A stretch of 36,882 bases of DNA from an uncultured Syntrophomonadaceae bacterium (GTDB lineage: Bacteria; Bacillota; Dethiobacteria; DTU022): positions 1 through 36,882 of the forward strand of contig CAYWDA010000007.1 of NCBI GenBank assembly GCA_964456945.1, in the 5' to 3' direction. The notes under the pieces were generated by a model. That model did not search any database. It was not told where the DNA came from and was given only the letters and a program-made list of their open reading frames with translations. Both the position numbers and the translations under genes were made by a program. Below are positions 27,113 to 35,835 of the stretch, one piece after another; within the stretch, counting starts at the first letter, position 1; each line of letters opens with the position of its first letter.

Positions 27113-29020
27113 TTGGAACAACTAATTATAGGCACAGCCGGCCATGTCGATCACGGCAAAACAGTGCTGATCAAAGCGCTTACCGGCGTTGATACTGATC
27201 GCCTGCAGGAAGAGAAAGAACGGGGCATTTCAATTGATCTCGGCTTCGCTCCCTTCAGGTTGCCCAGTGGCAGATTAGCCGGTGTTGTCGACGTGCCCGG
27301 TCACGAACGCTTCATCCATAATATGCTCGCCGGCGCTGCCGGAATGGATCTGGTTATGCTTGTTGTCGACGCAGTCGAAGGAGTTATGCCCCAGACCCGT
27401 GAACATCTCGATATTTTGCAGATCCTGGGCGTACAAAATGGCCTGGTAGTAATCACCAAGATTGACCTGGTAGAAGAAGAGTGGCGTGAAATGGTCCAGG
27501 AAGAGATCCGCGAAGAACTGACCGGTTCATTTCTCGAAAATGCTCCGATTATTGCTGTTTCGGCAATAAAAGGCGAAGGCATTGACGAACTTAAAACTCT
27601 GATTGATGATATGACTGCTGTTCTTGTTTCACGCAGTTCATCGGGCCCGCTGCGTCTTCCTGTTGACCGGTCTTTTGTTATTTCTGGCTTCGGTACTGTG
27701 ATTACCGGCACCCTGATTCAGGGCTCGGTGCACGTTGGTGAAACTGTGGCCATAGTGCCCCCTGGTCTTGAAGCGAGGGTGCGCAACGTTCAGGTGCACG
27801 ATGATGATGTTAAAGAAGCAAAGGCCGGGGCCAGGGTTGCTTTAAACCTTTCCGGCCTTGAGCGGGACGAAGTGCTGCGCGGCAGTGTTATCAGCACCCC
27901 CGGCTACTACCGGCAGACGGACCTGCTTGATGTTTCTGTAGAACTGCTGGCTCGCGCACCACGGCGCATTAAAAACCTTGATCCGGTACACTTCTTCCTG
28001 GGTACTGCCAGGGTTGTAGCCAGGCTGCTGCTTCTCGACCGCGACGAACTGAAACCGGGAGAAAGCTGCCCGGCCCAGTGCCGCCTTGACCGTCCCCTTG
28101 TAGCTGAGCGAGGCGATCCCTTTGTAATACGTTCTTACTCCCCGATGACCACTATCGGTGGTGGAAAAGTTTTAGATCCCTATCCGTCAAGGCACCGACG
28201 CTTTCGCAATGAAGTAATTGACCGTCTAAGCGAGCTGAAGCAAGATCCGACAGCAGGAGGCGATTCCGCTTTTGTCCGCCGCACTCTTGAAGAACTGGTA
28301 GCCGCCGATGCAGTTCGGCTGGCAAAAGAGACGCGCCTCGATCAAGAAAAAATCAATGCTATCCTCGAAGAACTTGTTGAGGCGGGCATGATTGAAAAAG
28401 TCGGCAGTTCGTATATCATTACTAAAATTTTGCACGAACTTGAAGCAAAACTGCAATCTGAACTGGAAAAATTTCACCAGAAATATCCGCTTTCGCCCGG
28501 CATTTCCCGTGCCCAGCTGAAGAGTTTTCTGCCTGGTTCATTCAATCAACGCGACTACGATGCCCTGCTTGAACGCCTGCAGAAAAGTGAAAAAGTTATG
28601 GCGAAAGGCGATCTTGTCACCCTGCACGGCTTTAAACCAGAGCCGGCGGCAAAAGACAGGCAGCAGCTCGACAAATTGGCAGAATTATATCGGGCAGGTT
28701 GGCTCCAGCCACCCTCTGTGCGCGATGCACTCGAGAAAGCCGGTTCAAACCCCGCCCGTAAAGATGAACTCTACACATTTTTAGTTAGCACAGGTATACT
28801 AATTAAATTAAACGAAGACCTCTATTACCACAGCGATGCCTACAACGAAGCGCTAAAGCTGCTGCACAGCCACTTCGCCGCAGAGAAACAGCTAACTTTG
28901 GCTCAATTTCGCGATATCACCGGCAGTTCCCGCAAATACGTCCAGGCTCTGCTTGAACACTTCGACCAGCTTAAACTAACTAAACGCGTTGAAGACCACC
29001 GCGTGGCTTTCAAACTTTAG
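27113..29020 (+). CDS. selB: Selenocysteine-specific translation elongation factor
   Basis: The G-domain motifs are [21 protein letters not shown] and TKIDL. A long C-terminal extension of winged-helix-like repeats is typical of bacterial SelB. TTG 27113 (8 nt after AGAGGAG) is preferred over the ORF-track TTG 27092. Confidence 0.9.
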   Translation: MEQLIIGTAGHVDHGKTVLIKALTGVDTDRLQEEKERGISIDLGFAPFRLPSGRLAGVVDVPGHERFIHNMLAGAAGMDLVMLVVDAVEGVMPQTREHLDILQILGVQNGLVVITKIDLVEEEWREMVQEEIREELTGSFLENAPIIAVSAIKGEGIDELKTLIDDMTAVLVSRSSSGPLRLPVDRSFVISGFGTVITGTLIQGSVHVGETVAIVPPGLEARVRNVQVHDDDVKEAKAGARVALNLSGLERDEVLRGSVISTPGYYRQTDLLDVSVELLARAPRRIKNLDPVHFFLGTARVVARLLLLDRDELKPGESCPAQCRLDRPLVAERGDPFVIRSYSPMTTIGGGKVLDPYPSRHRRFRNEVIDRLSELKQDPTAGGDSAFVRRTLEELVAADAVRLAKETRLDQEKINAILEELVEAGMIEKVGSSYIITKILHELEAKLQSELEKFHQKYPLSPGISRAQLKSFLPGSFNQRDYDALLERLQKSEKVMAKGDLVTLHGFKPEPAAKDRQQLDKLAELYRAGWLQPPSVRDALEKAGSNPARKDELYTFLVSTGILIKLNEDLYYHSDAYNEALKLLHSHFAAEKQLTLAQFRDITGSSRKYVQALLEHFDQLKLTKRVEDHRVAFKL

Positions 29021-29071
29021 GCTTTTTGAATAAGAAAGATAACAGCAGGCAAGTGAAAGGAAGGTGAAGAA

Positions 29072-30121
29072 ATGAGCCGCGACGAAATTCGCCTTACAAC
29101 ATTGACTGCCAGCGCCGGCTGAGCAGCAAAAATCGGGCCTGAGGCCCTGGCGCAGGTTCTGCGCCGTTTGCCCAAGTTTGACAACCCTGATTTTCTGAAT
29201 CGTGAACAGCATTTTTCCGATGCCGGCATTTATCGCATTTCTGCTACCCAGGCCCTCGTTCAGACGGTCGATTTCTTCACGCCCATTGTCGACGACCCTT
29301 ATACCTTCGGCCAGATAGCGGCAGCAAACTCACTAAGTGATGTTTATGCCATGGGTGGGAAACCTTTAACTGCCCTTAATATCATCTGTTTTCCGGTATC
29401 CTGTCAACCGCTTGAAGTGATGGAAGCTATTTTACACGGCGGTTACGATAAAGTAATTGAAGCGGGAGCAGTCGTTGTCGGAGGGCACAGCATTGAAGAT
29501 CCCGAACCTAAGTACGGTCTTTCCGTTACCGGCCTGGTCGAAATTGATCAGTTGATTACCAGCCACGGCGCCAAACCAGGTGATATTCTCGTCCTCACCA
29601 AGCCGCTCGGTACGGGCATAATTGCCACTGCGCTTAAAGGTGGTATGATTGCTGAAAAAGACGCAGTTGAAGCAGTCAGGGGTATGTCCCAGCTTAACGC
29701 TGCAGCTTCAGAAACAATGAGCGAAGTTGGCGTTACTGCCTGCACTGATGTAACCGGCTTCAGTCTACTCGGGCACCTCCGCGAAATGTTGATCACCAGC
29801 GCTGTTTCAGCCGAGATAGATTATCAAAAAGTTCCACTTTACCCGGCAGTAACCGAGATGATGGCCATGGGCATGATTCCTGCCGGAGCCTATCGCAACT
29901 TAGAATATATTCGGCCTCATGTAGACTGGCAGGGCAGCCCTGAGGCAAAAGAAGATGCACTAATTATTATGGCCGACCCCCAGACATCGGGAGGCCTGCT
30001 GGTAGCCCTGTCCCCGGAAAAAGTCGATCCTTACCTTGCCCTGCTAAACGAAAAAGGCACTGCCGGCCACCCGATCGGCCAAATTAGCGCTGACCAGGCA
30101 GGCAGAATAGTGATCAGGTAA
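29072..30121 (+). CDS. selD: Selenide, water dikinase (selenophosphate synthetase), selenocysteine-containing form; UGA at 29120-29122 decoded as Sec
   Basis: ATG 29072 follows SD AAGGAAGGTG. Translation gives MSRDEIRLTTLTASAG-U-AAKIGPEALAQVL, in frame with the tracked ORF at 29168. This aligns with E. coli SelD IRLTQYSHGAGCGCKISP, so Sec17 corresponds to Cys17 and Lys20 is conserved. Downstream motifs include DFFTPIVDDPYTFGQIAAANSLSDVYAMGGKP. Confidence 0.88.
29135..29165 (+). promoter_or_regulatory. Candidate bacterial SECIS region: two tandem hairpins downstream of the selD UGA
   Basis: Hairpin A pairs GGGCC (29135-29139) with GGCCC (29143-29147) and starts 12 nt after the UGA. Hairpin B pairs GGCGCAG (29149-29155) with CTGCGCC (29159-29165) around loop GUU. 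Confidence 0.5.
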
Positions 30122-30401
30122 AACCCTGTCAGGGCAAATTATCCGCCTTATAGTCGTTCCATAGGTTAATAGTTTCCCAGGGAAAATATTAAAGAATTTA
30201 AAAGTGAAGCAGGATAAATTAAAGGAAATGTCGAAATCCTCTAATATAGCCTGCTTTTATCGCAATTGTCCAACTATTCGTTACCATTGTAAAGGGAGGT
30301 GATCAGAAGGAACAGTTGTTTTATTTATTAATCCGGCAGACTGAATTATATTGCCGGGAAGCTTACTGTAAAACAATTTCTTTATGATGCGGGGTATGCT
30401 A

Positions 30402-31538
30402 ATGAGTACCGAAATCCAGACATTCACCGAAAAATATGATCTGCTTGGTTGTATCCAGTGTGGTCGCTGTACCGGTGGTTGCCCGGTTACCGTGCGGGCC
30501 GACCTGAATGTGCGCCGCTTTGTCAATGACGCCTACCATGAAGAAAAACTGGAAGAGTTGGCCAAACTGGCAGAGATCTGGGATTGCACGGCATGCCATA
30601 CCTGTGCTGTCCGCTGCCCCAAAGGTCTGAAACCACTGGAAGTTTTGCTTGGTTTGCGGGCAATGATTGTTGAAAGTGGCAAGGTTGAGCCTACTGTTCG
30701 CGATGCGCTGCAAAGTGTTCTACTTGAAGGAAACCCCTGGGAAAAATCGCGGGCAGCACGCAGCGATTGGATGGAGGGCCTTGACGTAAAAATCGCTGAA
30801 CCGGGTGTACCGGTCGAGAATCTCTTTTTTGTCTGCTGCACCATTGCTTATGATCCCCGGGTCCAGACGATTGCCAAGAACATGGTTAAGATTCTCAATA
30901 AAGCTGGTATCGATTATGCCTTTTTGGATGACAGTGAGAGCTGCTGCGGCAGCGAAGTATACACTCTTGGCGAAGAAGGCCTTTTCGAAATGCTTGTTGA
31001 AGACAATACCGAATACTTAAATGAATACTCCGCTCAGCGGATTGTTACCCTCTCTCCACACTGTTTTACCACTTACAAAACCCAATATCCGGATTTAAAA
31101 GCTCCGGTTTTGCACTACACCCAGCTATTAGATTTGCTGCTTAAAGAAGGCAAGCTAACCTGGAAGGGTGAATTGGGCAAAAAAATTGTCTTTCATGATC
31201 CCTGTTACCTTGGTAAACAGGGCGATGTTTACGACGAACCACGAAATCTGTTAAAGAATATTCCCGGTGCTGAACTGCTTGAATTTGATCGTTGCCGTGA
31301 GCGCAGCCTCTGCTGTGAAGGTGGTGGAGGGAAAATGTGGGTTGAATCACTGTCGAAGAAGGAAAGGCTTGCTGATACACGGATTAAAGATGCCAGGGCT
31401 CTCGGTGCTGATATCGTTGCAGTGGCTTGCCCCTTCTGCGTGTTGACCCTCGAAGATGCTATGAAAGGTCTCGGTTTTGAAGAAGAGATGCGCGTAGCCG
31501 AAATTATGGAACTTTTAGGAGAATTTGTAGAAGCATAA
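30402..31538 (+). CDS. HdrD/GlcF-like iron-sulfur protein: two [4Fe-4S] ferredoxin motifs plus two CCG domains; soluble
   Basis: The ferredoxin motifs are CIQCGRCTGGCP and CTACHTCAVRCP. CCG domain 1 reads FFVCC...SESCCGSE...SPHCFTT. CCG domain 2 reads HDPCYLG...LCCEGGGG...ACPFCVLT. No hydrophobic helices are visible. ATG 30402 was chosen (GGGG 7 nt upstream); the ORF opens at 30384. Confidence 0.8.
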   Translation: MSTEIQTFTEKYDLLGCIQCGRCTGGCPVTVRADLNVRRFVNDAYHEEKLEELAKLAEIWDCTACHTCAVRCPKGLKPLEVLLGLRAMIVESGKVEPTVRDALQSVLLEGNPWEKSRAARSDWMEGLDVKIAEPGVPVENLFFVCCTIAYDPRVQTIAKNMVKILNKAGIDYAFLDDSESCCGSEVYTLGEEGLFEMLVEDNTEYLNEYSAQRIVTLSPHCFTTYKTQYPDLKAPVLHYTQLLDLLLKEGKLTWKGELGKKIVFHDPCYLGKQGDVYDEPRNLLKNIPGAELLEFDRCRERSLCCEGGGGKMWVESLSKKERLADTRIKDARALGADIVAVACPFCVLTLEDAMKGLGFEEEMRVAEIMELLGEFVEA

Positions 31539-31574
31539 GCCTGTTTTATATTTATGTAGGAGGTGGAAAGAACA

Positions 31575-32363
31575 ATGAAAACTGTAGTTTGTATCAAGTA
31601 TGTGCCCGATACTTCCGAAGCGGAAGTAAAAGTAAACCCCGATGGCATAACAGTTGATGACAGTCGTTTTTCTTTCGATATTAACGATGCCGACAATTAT
31701 GCTGTTGAAGAATCAGTTCTGATTAAAGAAGCACAGGGCGGTGAAATTACCGTTGTCTCTATCGGGCCCAAAAAGTCGGATGTCATGATTCGTATGGCTA
31801 TGGCTAAAGGCTGTGACAAAGCCGTGCGTGTTGAAGATGAAAGAATTGCCGGCTATGACCCGCTAATGGTGGCTAAAGTGCTTGCCGGAGCTGTTAAAGG
31901 CGAAGAATTTGACCTGGTGTTGACCGGCTGTATGGCCAGTGATGACGGCCACATGTCAACCGGAGTAGCTTTGGCCGAAGAACTCGGAGTCAGCCATGCT
32001 TCAATGGTCAAAAAGGTGGAAGTGCTTGATGGCAAAGTGAGAGCTCACCGTGAACTCGAAGGCGGACTGATGGAAGTGGTTGAGATTGAACTTCCTGCAG
32101 TTTTAACCATCCAGACCGGTATCAATGAACCACGCTATGCTCCTATTCGCGGTATTCGCGAAGCACAGAAGAAAGAGCTAAAAGTGGTTAAACTTGAAGA
32201 TATTGCTGTTGATCCGGCATCCGTCGGAACTGATGCTTCACAGATTGTCCTGGAAACGCTCTATATTCCCGAAGTAGTTTCTTCTGCGGAATTTATTGAG
32301 GGCGAGCCGGACGAAAAAGCAGAAAAACTGGCGTCCATACTGGTTAAAGGAGGCTTGGTATAA
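31575..32363 (+). CDS. etfB: Electron transfer flavoprotein beta subunit
   Basis: The protein starts MKTVVCIKYVPDT and includes DLVLTGCMASDDGHMSTG and PRYAPIRGI. ATG 31575 lies 9 nt after AGGAGGTG. Confidence 0.9.
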   Translation: MKTVVCIKYVPDTSEAEVKVNPDGITVDDSRFSFDINDADNYAVEESVLIKEAQGGEITVVSIGPKKSDVMIRMAMAKGCDKAVRVEDERIAGYDPLMVAKVLAGAVKGEEFDLVLTGCMASDDGHMSTGVALAEELGVSHASMVKKVEVLDGKVRAHRELEGGLMEVVEIELPAVLTIQTGINEPRYAPIRGIREAQKKELKVVKLEDIAVDPASVGTDASQIVLETLYIPEVVSSAEFIEGEPDEKAEKLASILVKGGLV

Positions 32364-33337
32364 TGGGTAACGTTTTAGTTTTGGCTGAACACCGTCAGGG
32401 ATCTCTCAGGGATATCTCTTTTGAAATGCTTGCTGTTGCCCCGAAACTGGCTGCCGATATGGGCGGCGAAGCTGTTGGATTGCTGATCGGCAGCGGTATG
32501 GATGATATGGCCGCAAAAGTTGCTTCTTACGGGGTAAAAGTTCTGGTTGTTGACGACCCGCTCTTCGCAGATTTTAATGCTGATAAATACCAAAAAGTAT
32601 TAGCGGCGCTGATTGATGATCTTAAACCATCAGTGCTGATGACCGGTCACACCTCACAGGGTGTTGACTTTATGCCGGCCCTTGCTGTTGAGAAAAAGCT
32701 GCCCCTGGTAGCCGAAGCGGTCGGTCTGGAATTCGCCGGCGGAACCCTTAAGGCGACCCGCCAGCTATACTCGGGCAAAGTAAATGCCACCCTGGCTTTC
32801 AAGCCGGCAGATACCTACCTGGTGACCTTCAGGGAGGGCGCAGTTGAAGCTCCCGCACCCTCATCTGCAGGTGCAGTAGAGAAAGTTGATTCGCCCCTGA
32901 AGGAAGATCTTGCCTACCGTAAGTTCGTTGAATATATTGAAGCCGAAGTTGGCGATGTTGATATTACCCAGTCTGACATTTTAGTTTCTGTCGGTCGCGG
33001 CTTAAAAGAAGATAAGAACCTTGCTATAATCGAAGAACTGGCTAAGGCAATTAAAGCTGATATTGCCGGTTCGCGGGCAGCGACCGATGCCGGTTGGATA
33101 CCTCATGACCGTCAGGTCGGTACTTCCGGAAAAGCGGTTAAACCGAAACTCTATATTGCTATGGGTATTTCCGGCGCTTTCCAGCACGTTGCCGGTATGA
33201 AAGGCGCGAAGACAGTAGTAGCCATCAACAAAGATCCCGAAGCTCCGATCTTTGCCGTGGCCGACTATGCCATTGTCGACGACATGTTCAAGATTGTGCC
33301 CAAGCTGACCGAGAAGCTGAAAGAACTTAAAGGATAG
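32363..33337 (+). CDS. etfA: Electron transfer flavoprotein alpha subunit
   Basis: The C-terminal FAD-binding region reads VGRGL...[43 protein letters not shown]...[13 protein letters not shown]. The start overlaps the etfB stop (TAATG). There is no N-terminal ferredoxin domain. Confidence 0.9.
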   Translation: MGNVLVLAEHRQGSLRDISFEMLAVAPKLAADMGGEAVGLLIGSGMDDMAAKVASYGVKVLVVDDPLFADFNADKYQKVLAALIDDLKPSVLMTGHTSQGVDFMPALAVEKKLPLVAEAVGLEFAGGTLKATRQLYSGKVNATLAFKPADTYLVTFREGAVEAPAPSSAGAVEKVDSPLKEDLAYRKFVEYIEAEVGDVDITQSDILVSVGRGLKEDKNLAIIEELAKAIKADIAGSRAATDAGWIPHDRQVGTSGKAVKPKLYIAMGISGAFQHVAGMKGAKTVVAINKDPEAPIFAVADYAIVDDMFKIVPKLTEKLKELKG

Positions 33338-33393
33338 TCAAAGTCAGCAGATCACAATTAAGGGTCAATCTTTGCGGGAGGATGAAAAACCAG

Positions 33394-35394
33394 ATGACGG
33401 AAAAACCAAAAGTGGGTGTCTACGTTTGCCACTGCGGAATTAACATTTCCGCAACGGTAGATGTGGATGCGGTTGCAGAATATGCGCAGACACTGCCCAA
33501 TGTGGCAGTGGCGCGCACCTATTCCTACATGTGTTCCGATCCCGGCCAGGCTCTGATCAGGAATGATATTCAGGAACAGGGCTTAAACCGGGTTGTTGTA
33601 GCTTCCTGCTCCCCCCGTATGCATGAACCAACCTTCAGAAAGGCGATCAAGAGCGCCGGGGTTAACCCCTACTTTCTTGAGATGGCCAACATCAGGGAGC
33701 ATTGCTCCTGGGTGCATGAAGATAAGGATGATGCTACGGCCAAAGCAAAAAAACTGGTTAAAGCTTCGGTGGCCAAAGTGCGACTGCTTGAAGCTCTTGA
33801 ATCAAAAGAGGTCGACTGCGAACCGGCAGCCCTGGTTATCGGGGCTGGTATTGCCGGTATCCAGGCCGCCCTTGATATTGCCGACGCCGGGTTCCAGGTC
33901 TACCTGGTTGAAAAGACTCCCTCCGTCGGCGGGCGTATGGCCCAACTGGACAAAACCTTTCCAACGCTTGACTGCTCGGCCTGTATTTTAACACCGAAGA
34001 TGGTCGACTGTGCCAACCACCCGAATATCGAACTCTTGAGCTACTCTGAGGTAGAAGAGATCAAAGGGTTTATTGGCAATTTTGATGTCAAGGTACGCAA
34101 AAAAGCGCGCTATGTTGATTTCGATAAATGCACCGGCTGCGGAGACTGTGCTTCTGAATGCCGGGTCAAGGACCGCATTCCCAGCGAGTTCGACATGGGT
34201 ATGGGTAAGCGTTCAGCAGTCTACCTGCCCTTCCCCCAGGCTGTTCCGGCCAAGTATACTATTGATCCGAAGAGCTGCCTTTTTCTGACCAAGGGGAAAT
34301 GCGGCAAAGCGCCGAAATGCCAGGAAGTCTGTCGCGCTGAAGCCATTAACTTCGACCAGGTGGACGAGATCGTCGAGTTTAAAGTCGGGGCAGTTATCGT
34401 TGCTACCGGTTTTGATCCCTTTGATGCATCACGCAAGCCGGAATACGGCTACAGTGACTATCCGAATGTGATCACCGGGATGGAGATGGAACGCCTCGTT
34501 TCAGCCTCGGGGCCAACCGGCGGCAAAGTTAAGGTTTTTAACGGTGAGGAAGAAATTGAACCGAAAGAAGTTGCTTTTATTAAGTGTGTCGGTTCCCGGG
34601 ATGCCAGCGTCGGTAATGAATACTGCTCCAGGGTCTGCTGCATGTATGTGGCAAAACAGGCCCACCTGGTCAGAGATAAGATGCCTGATGCCAACATTCG
34701 GGTTTACTACATGGATGTAAGAGCTTTCGGTAAAGGTTTCGAGGAATTCTATGACCGCGTGCGCCGCGAAAATGTTCGCTATATCCGCGGTAATCCTTCC
34801 GAGATCTTCAAACGGGGCAATAAACTGGTGGTTAAAGTTGAAGATACGCTTACCGCTACCCCTCTCGAAGACGAAGTCGATCTGGTTGTGTTGGGTGTCG
34901 GTCTTGAACCGCGTGCCGACATGCGTGAAGTTATGGATTTGCTCAGGCTTTCGCAGTCACCTGATCGTTTCTTCCTGGAAGCACACCCGAAACTGCGGCC
35001 CGTTGATACGGCAACCGATGGTGTTTTCCTCGCCGGATGCTGCCAGGGTCCGAAAGATATTCCCGATACGGTAGCCCAGGCCAAGGGAGCTGCCTCTTCG
35101 GCCATGATTCCACTGGCTCGCGGTAAGGTATTAATCAGCGCCCAGGTAGCCACTGTTAATGAGGCAACCTGCCGGGGTTGTGGTTTCTGCGTCAATATTT
35201 GCCCCTACACAGCCATTGAGCTGGTCACTGTCAACCGTTTCGGAAACGAGGTTGAAGTAGCCAGGGTCAACGAGGCTCTCTGTAAAGGTTGCGGTTCATG
35301 TTCAGCTGCCTGTCTCTCAGACTCAATTCAGCCGAAATCGTTCCGTGACCGCCAGATCCTACCGCAGATAGCGGCATTGGGGGTATTGAAATGA
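33394..35394 (+). CDS. hdrA: Heterodisulfide reductase subunit A-like FAD/FeS protein (Cys form)
   Basis: The N-terminal Cys cluster is VGVYVCHCGINIS ... ASCSPRMHE. The FAD fold is ALVIGAGIAGIQAALDIADAG. Other motifs are CTGCGDCASEC and CSRVCC, and the C-terminal 2x[4Fe-4S] reads CRGCGFCVNICP / CKGCGSCSAAC. ATG 33394 is preferred, because ATG 33382 abuts the SD GGGAGG directly. Confidence 0.88.
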   Translation: MTEKPKVGVYVCHCGINISATVDVDAVAEYAQTLPNVAVARTYSYMCSDPGQALIRNDIQEQGLNRVVVASCSPRMHEPTFRKAIKSAGVNPYFLEMANIREHCSWVHEDKDDATAKAKKLVKASVAKVRLLEALESKEVDCEPAALVIGAGIAGIQAALDIADAGFQVYLVEKTPSVGGRMAQLDKTFPTLDCSACILTPKMVDCANHPNIELLSYSEVEEIKGFIGNFDVKVRKKARYVDFDKCTGCGDCASECRVKDRIPSEFDMGMGKRSAVYLPFPQAVPAKYTIDPKSCLFLTKGKCGKAPKCQEVCRAEAINFDQVDEIVEFKVGAVIVATGFDPFDASRKPEYGYSDYPNVITGMEMERLVSASGPTGGKVKVFNGEEEIEPKEVAFIKCVGSRDASVGNEYCSRVCCMYVAKQAHLVRDKMPDANIRVYYMDVRAFGKGFEEFYDRVRRENVRYIRGNPSEIFKRGNKLVVKVEDTLTATPLEDEVDLVVLGVGLEPRADMREVMDLLRLSQSPDRFFLEAHPKLRPVDTATDGVFLAGCCQGPKDIPDTVAQAKGAASSAMIPLARGKVLISAQVATVNEATCRGCGFCVNICPYTAIELVTVNRFGNEVEVARVNEALCKGCGSCSAACLSDSIQPKSFRDRQILPQIAALGVLK

Positions 35395-35822
35395 GTAAAG
35401 ATTACGAACCAAATATCGTAGCCTTCCTCTGCAATTGGTGCTCCTATGCCGGAGCAGACCTGGCCGGAACAAGCCGGGTTCAGTACCCGGCCAATATCCA
35501 GGTAATCAGGGTAATGTGTTCGGGGCGTGTTAACCCGCTCTATGTTATGAATGCGCTGCAGCAGGGCGCAGACGGCGTACTTGTCTCAGGCTGCCACCCC
35601 GGTGACTGCCACTACATGGAAGGTAACTTCTATGCCCGGCGTCGCTTAGGTATTCTTAAAGACCTGATGGAGTATGTCGGGGTTGATCCCAAACGCTTTC
35701 ATATGAGTTGGGTGTCGGCATCCGAAGGGCACAAATGGAAGGAAGTAGTCGAAAAAACCGTCGAAGATGCAAGGGAAGCCGGACCGTTTGAAGGTTTCAG
35801 GCGCCGGCAGATCGACTGGTAG
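35391..35822 (+). CDS. mvhD: MvhD/FlxD-like [2Fe-2S] protein (methyl-viologen-reducing hydrogenase delta subunit family)
   Basis: Matches include IVAFLCNWCSYAGADLAG, IRVMCSGRV and GADGVLVSGCHPGDCHY. There is an ATGA start/stop overlap with hdrA. Confidence 0.88.
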   Translation: MSKDYEPNIVAFLCNWCSYAGADLAGTSRVQYPANIQVIRVMCSGRVNPLYVMNALQQGADGVLVSGCHPGDCHYMEGNFYARRRLGILKDLMEYVGVDPKRFHMSWVSASEGHKWKEVVEKTVEDAREAGPFEGFRRRQIDW

Positions 35823-35835
35823 GAGGGTTATTTAG

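Noticed and set aside
29168-30121. The ORF-track version of selD, starting at Met 29168.
   Set aside because: It lacks the catalytic Cys/Sec-Lys N-terminus. The same frame continues upstream through a single TGA to an ATG with a strong SD, so the gene is annotated from 29072 with Sec.
30206-30256. Long-range pairing of GAAGCAGG (30206-30213) with CCTGCTT (30250-30256), followed by TTTAT, as a possible terminator after selD.
   Set aside because: The loop is about 36 nt, a competing AGGAT/ATCCT pairing exists inside it, and the U-tract is weak. It is not convincing as an intrinsic terminator.
30122-30383. A search for tRNA(Sec) (selC) or any other tRNA in the intergenic regions flanking selABD (also 24825-24982, 25541-25664 and 29021-29071).
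   Set aside because: These regions are AT-rich, with no acceptor/T-arm-like GC-rich complementary ends and no UCA-anticodon loop context. No tRNA could be supported by eye.
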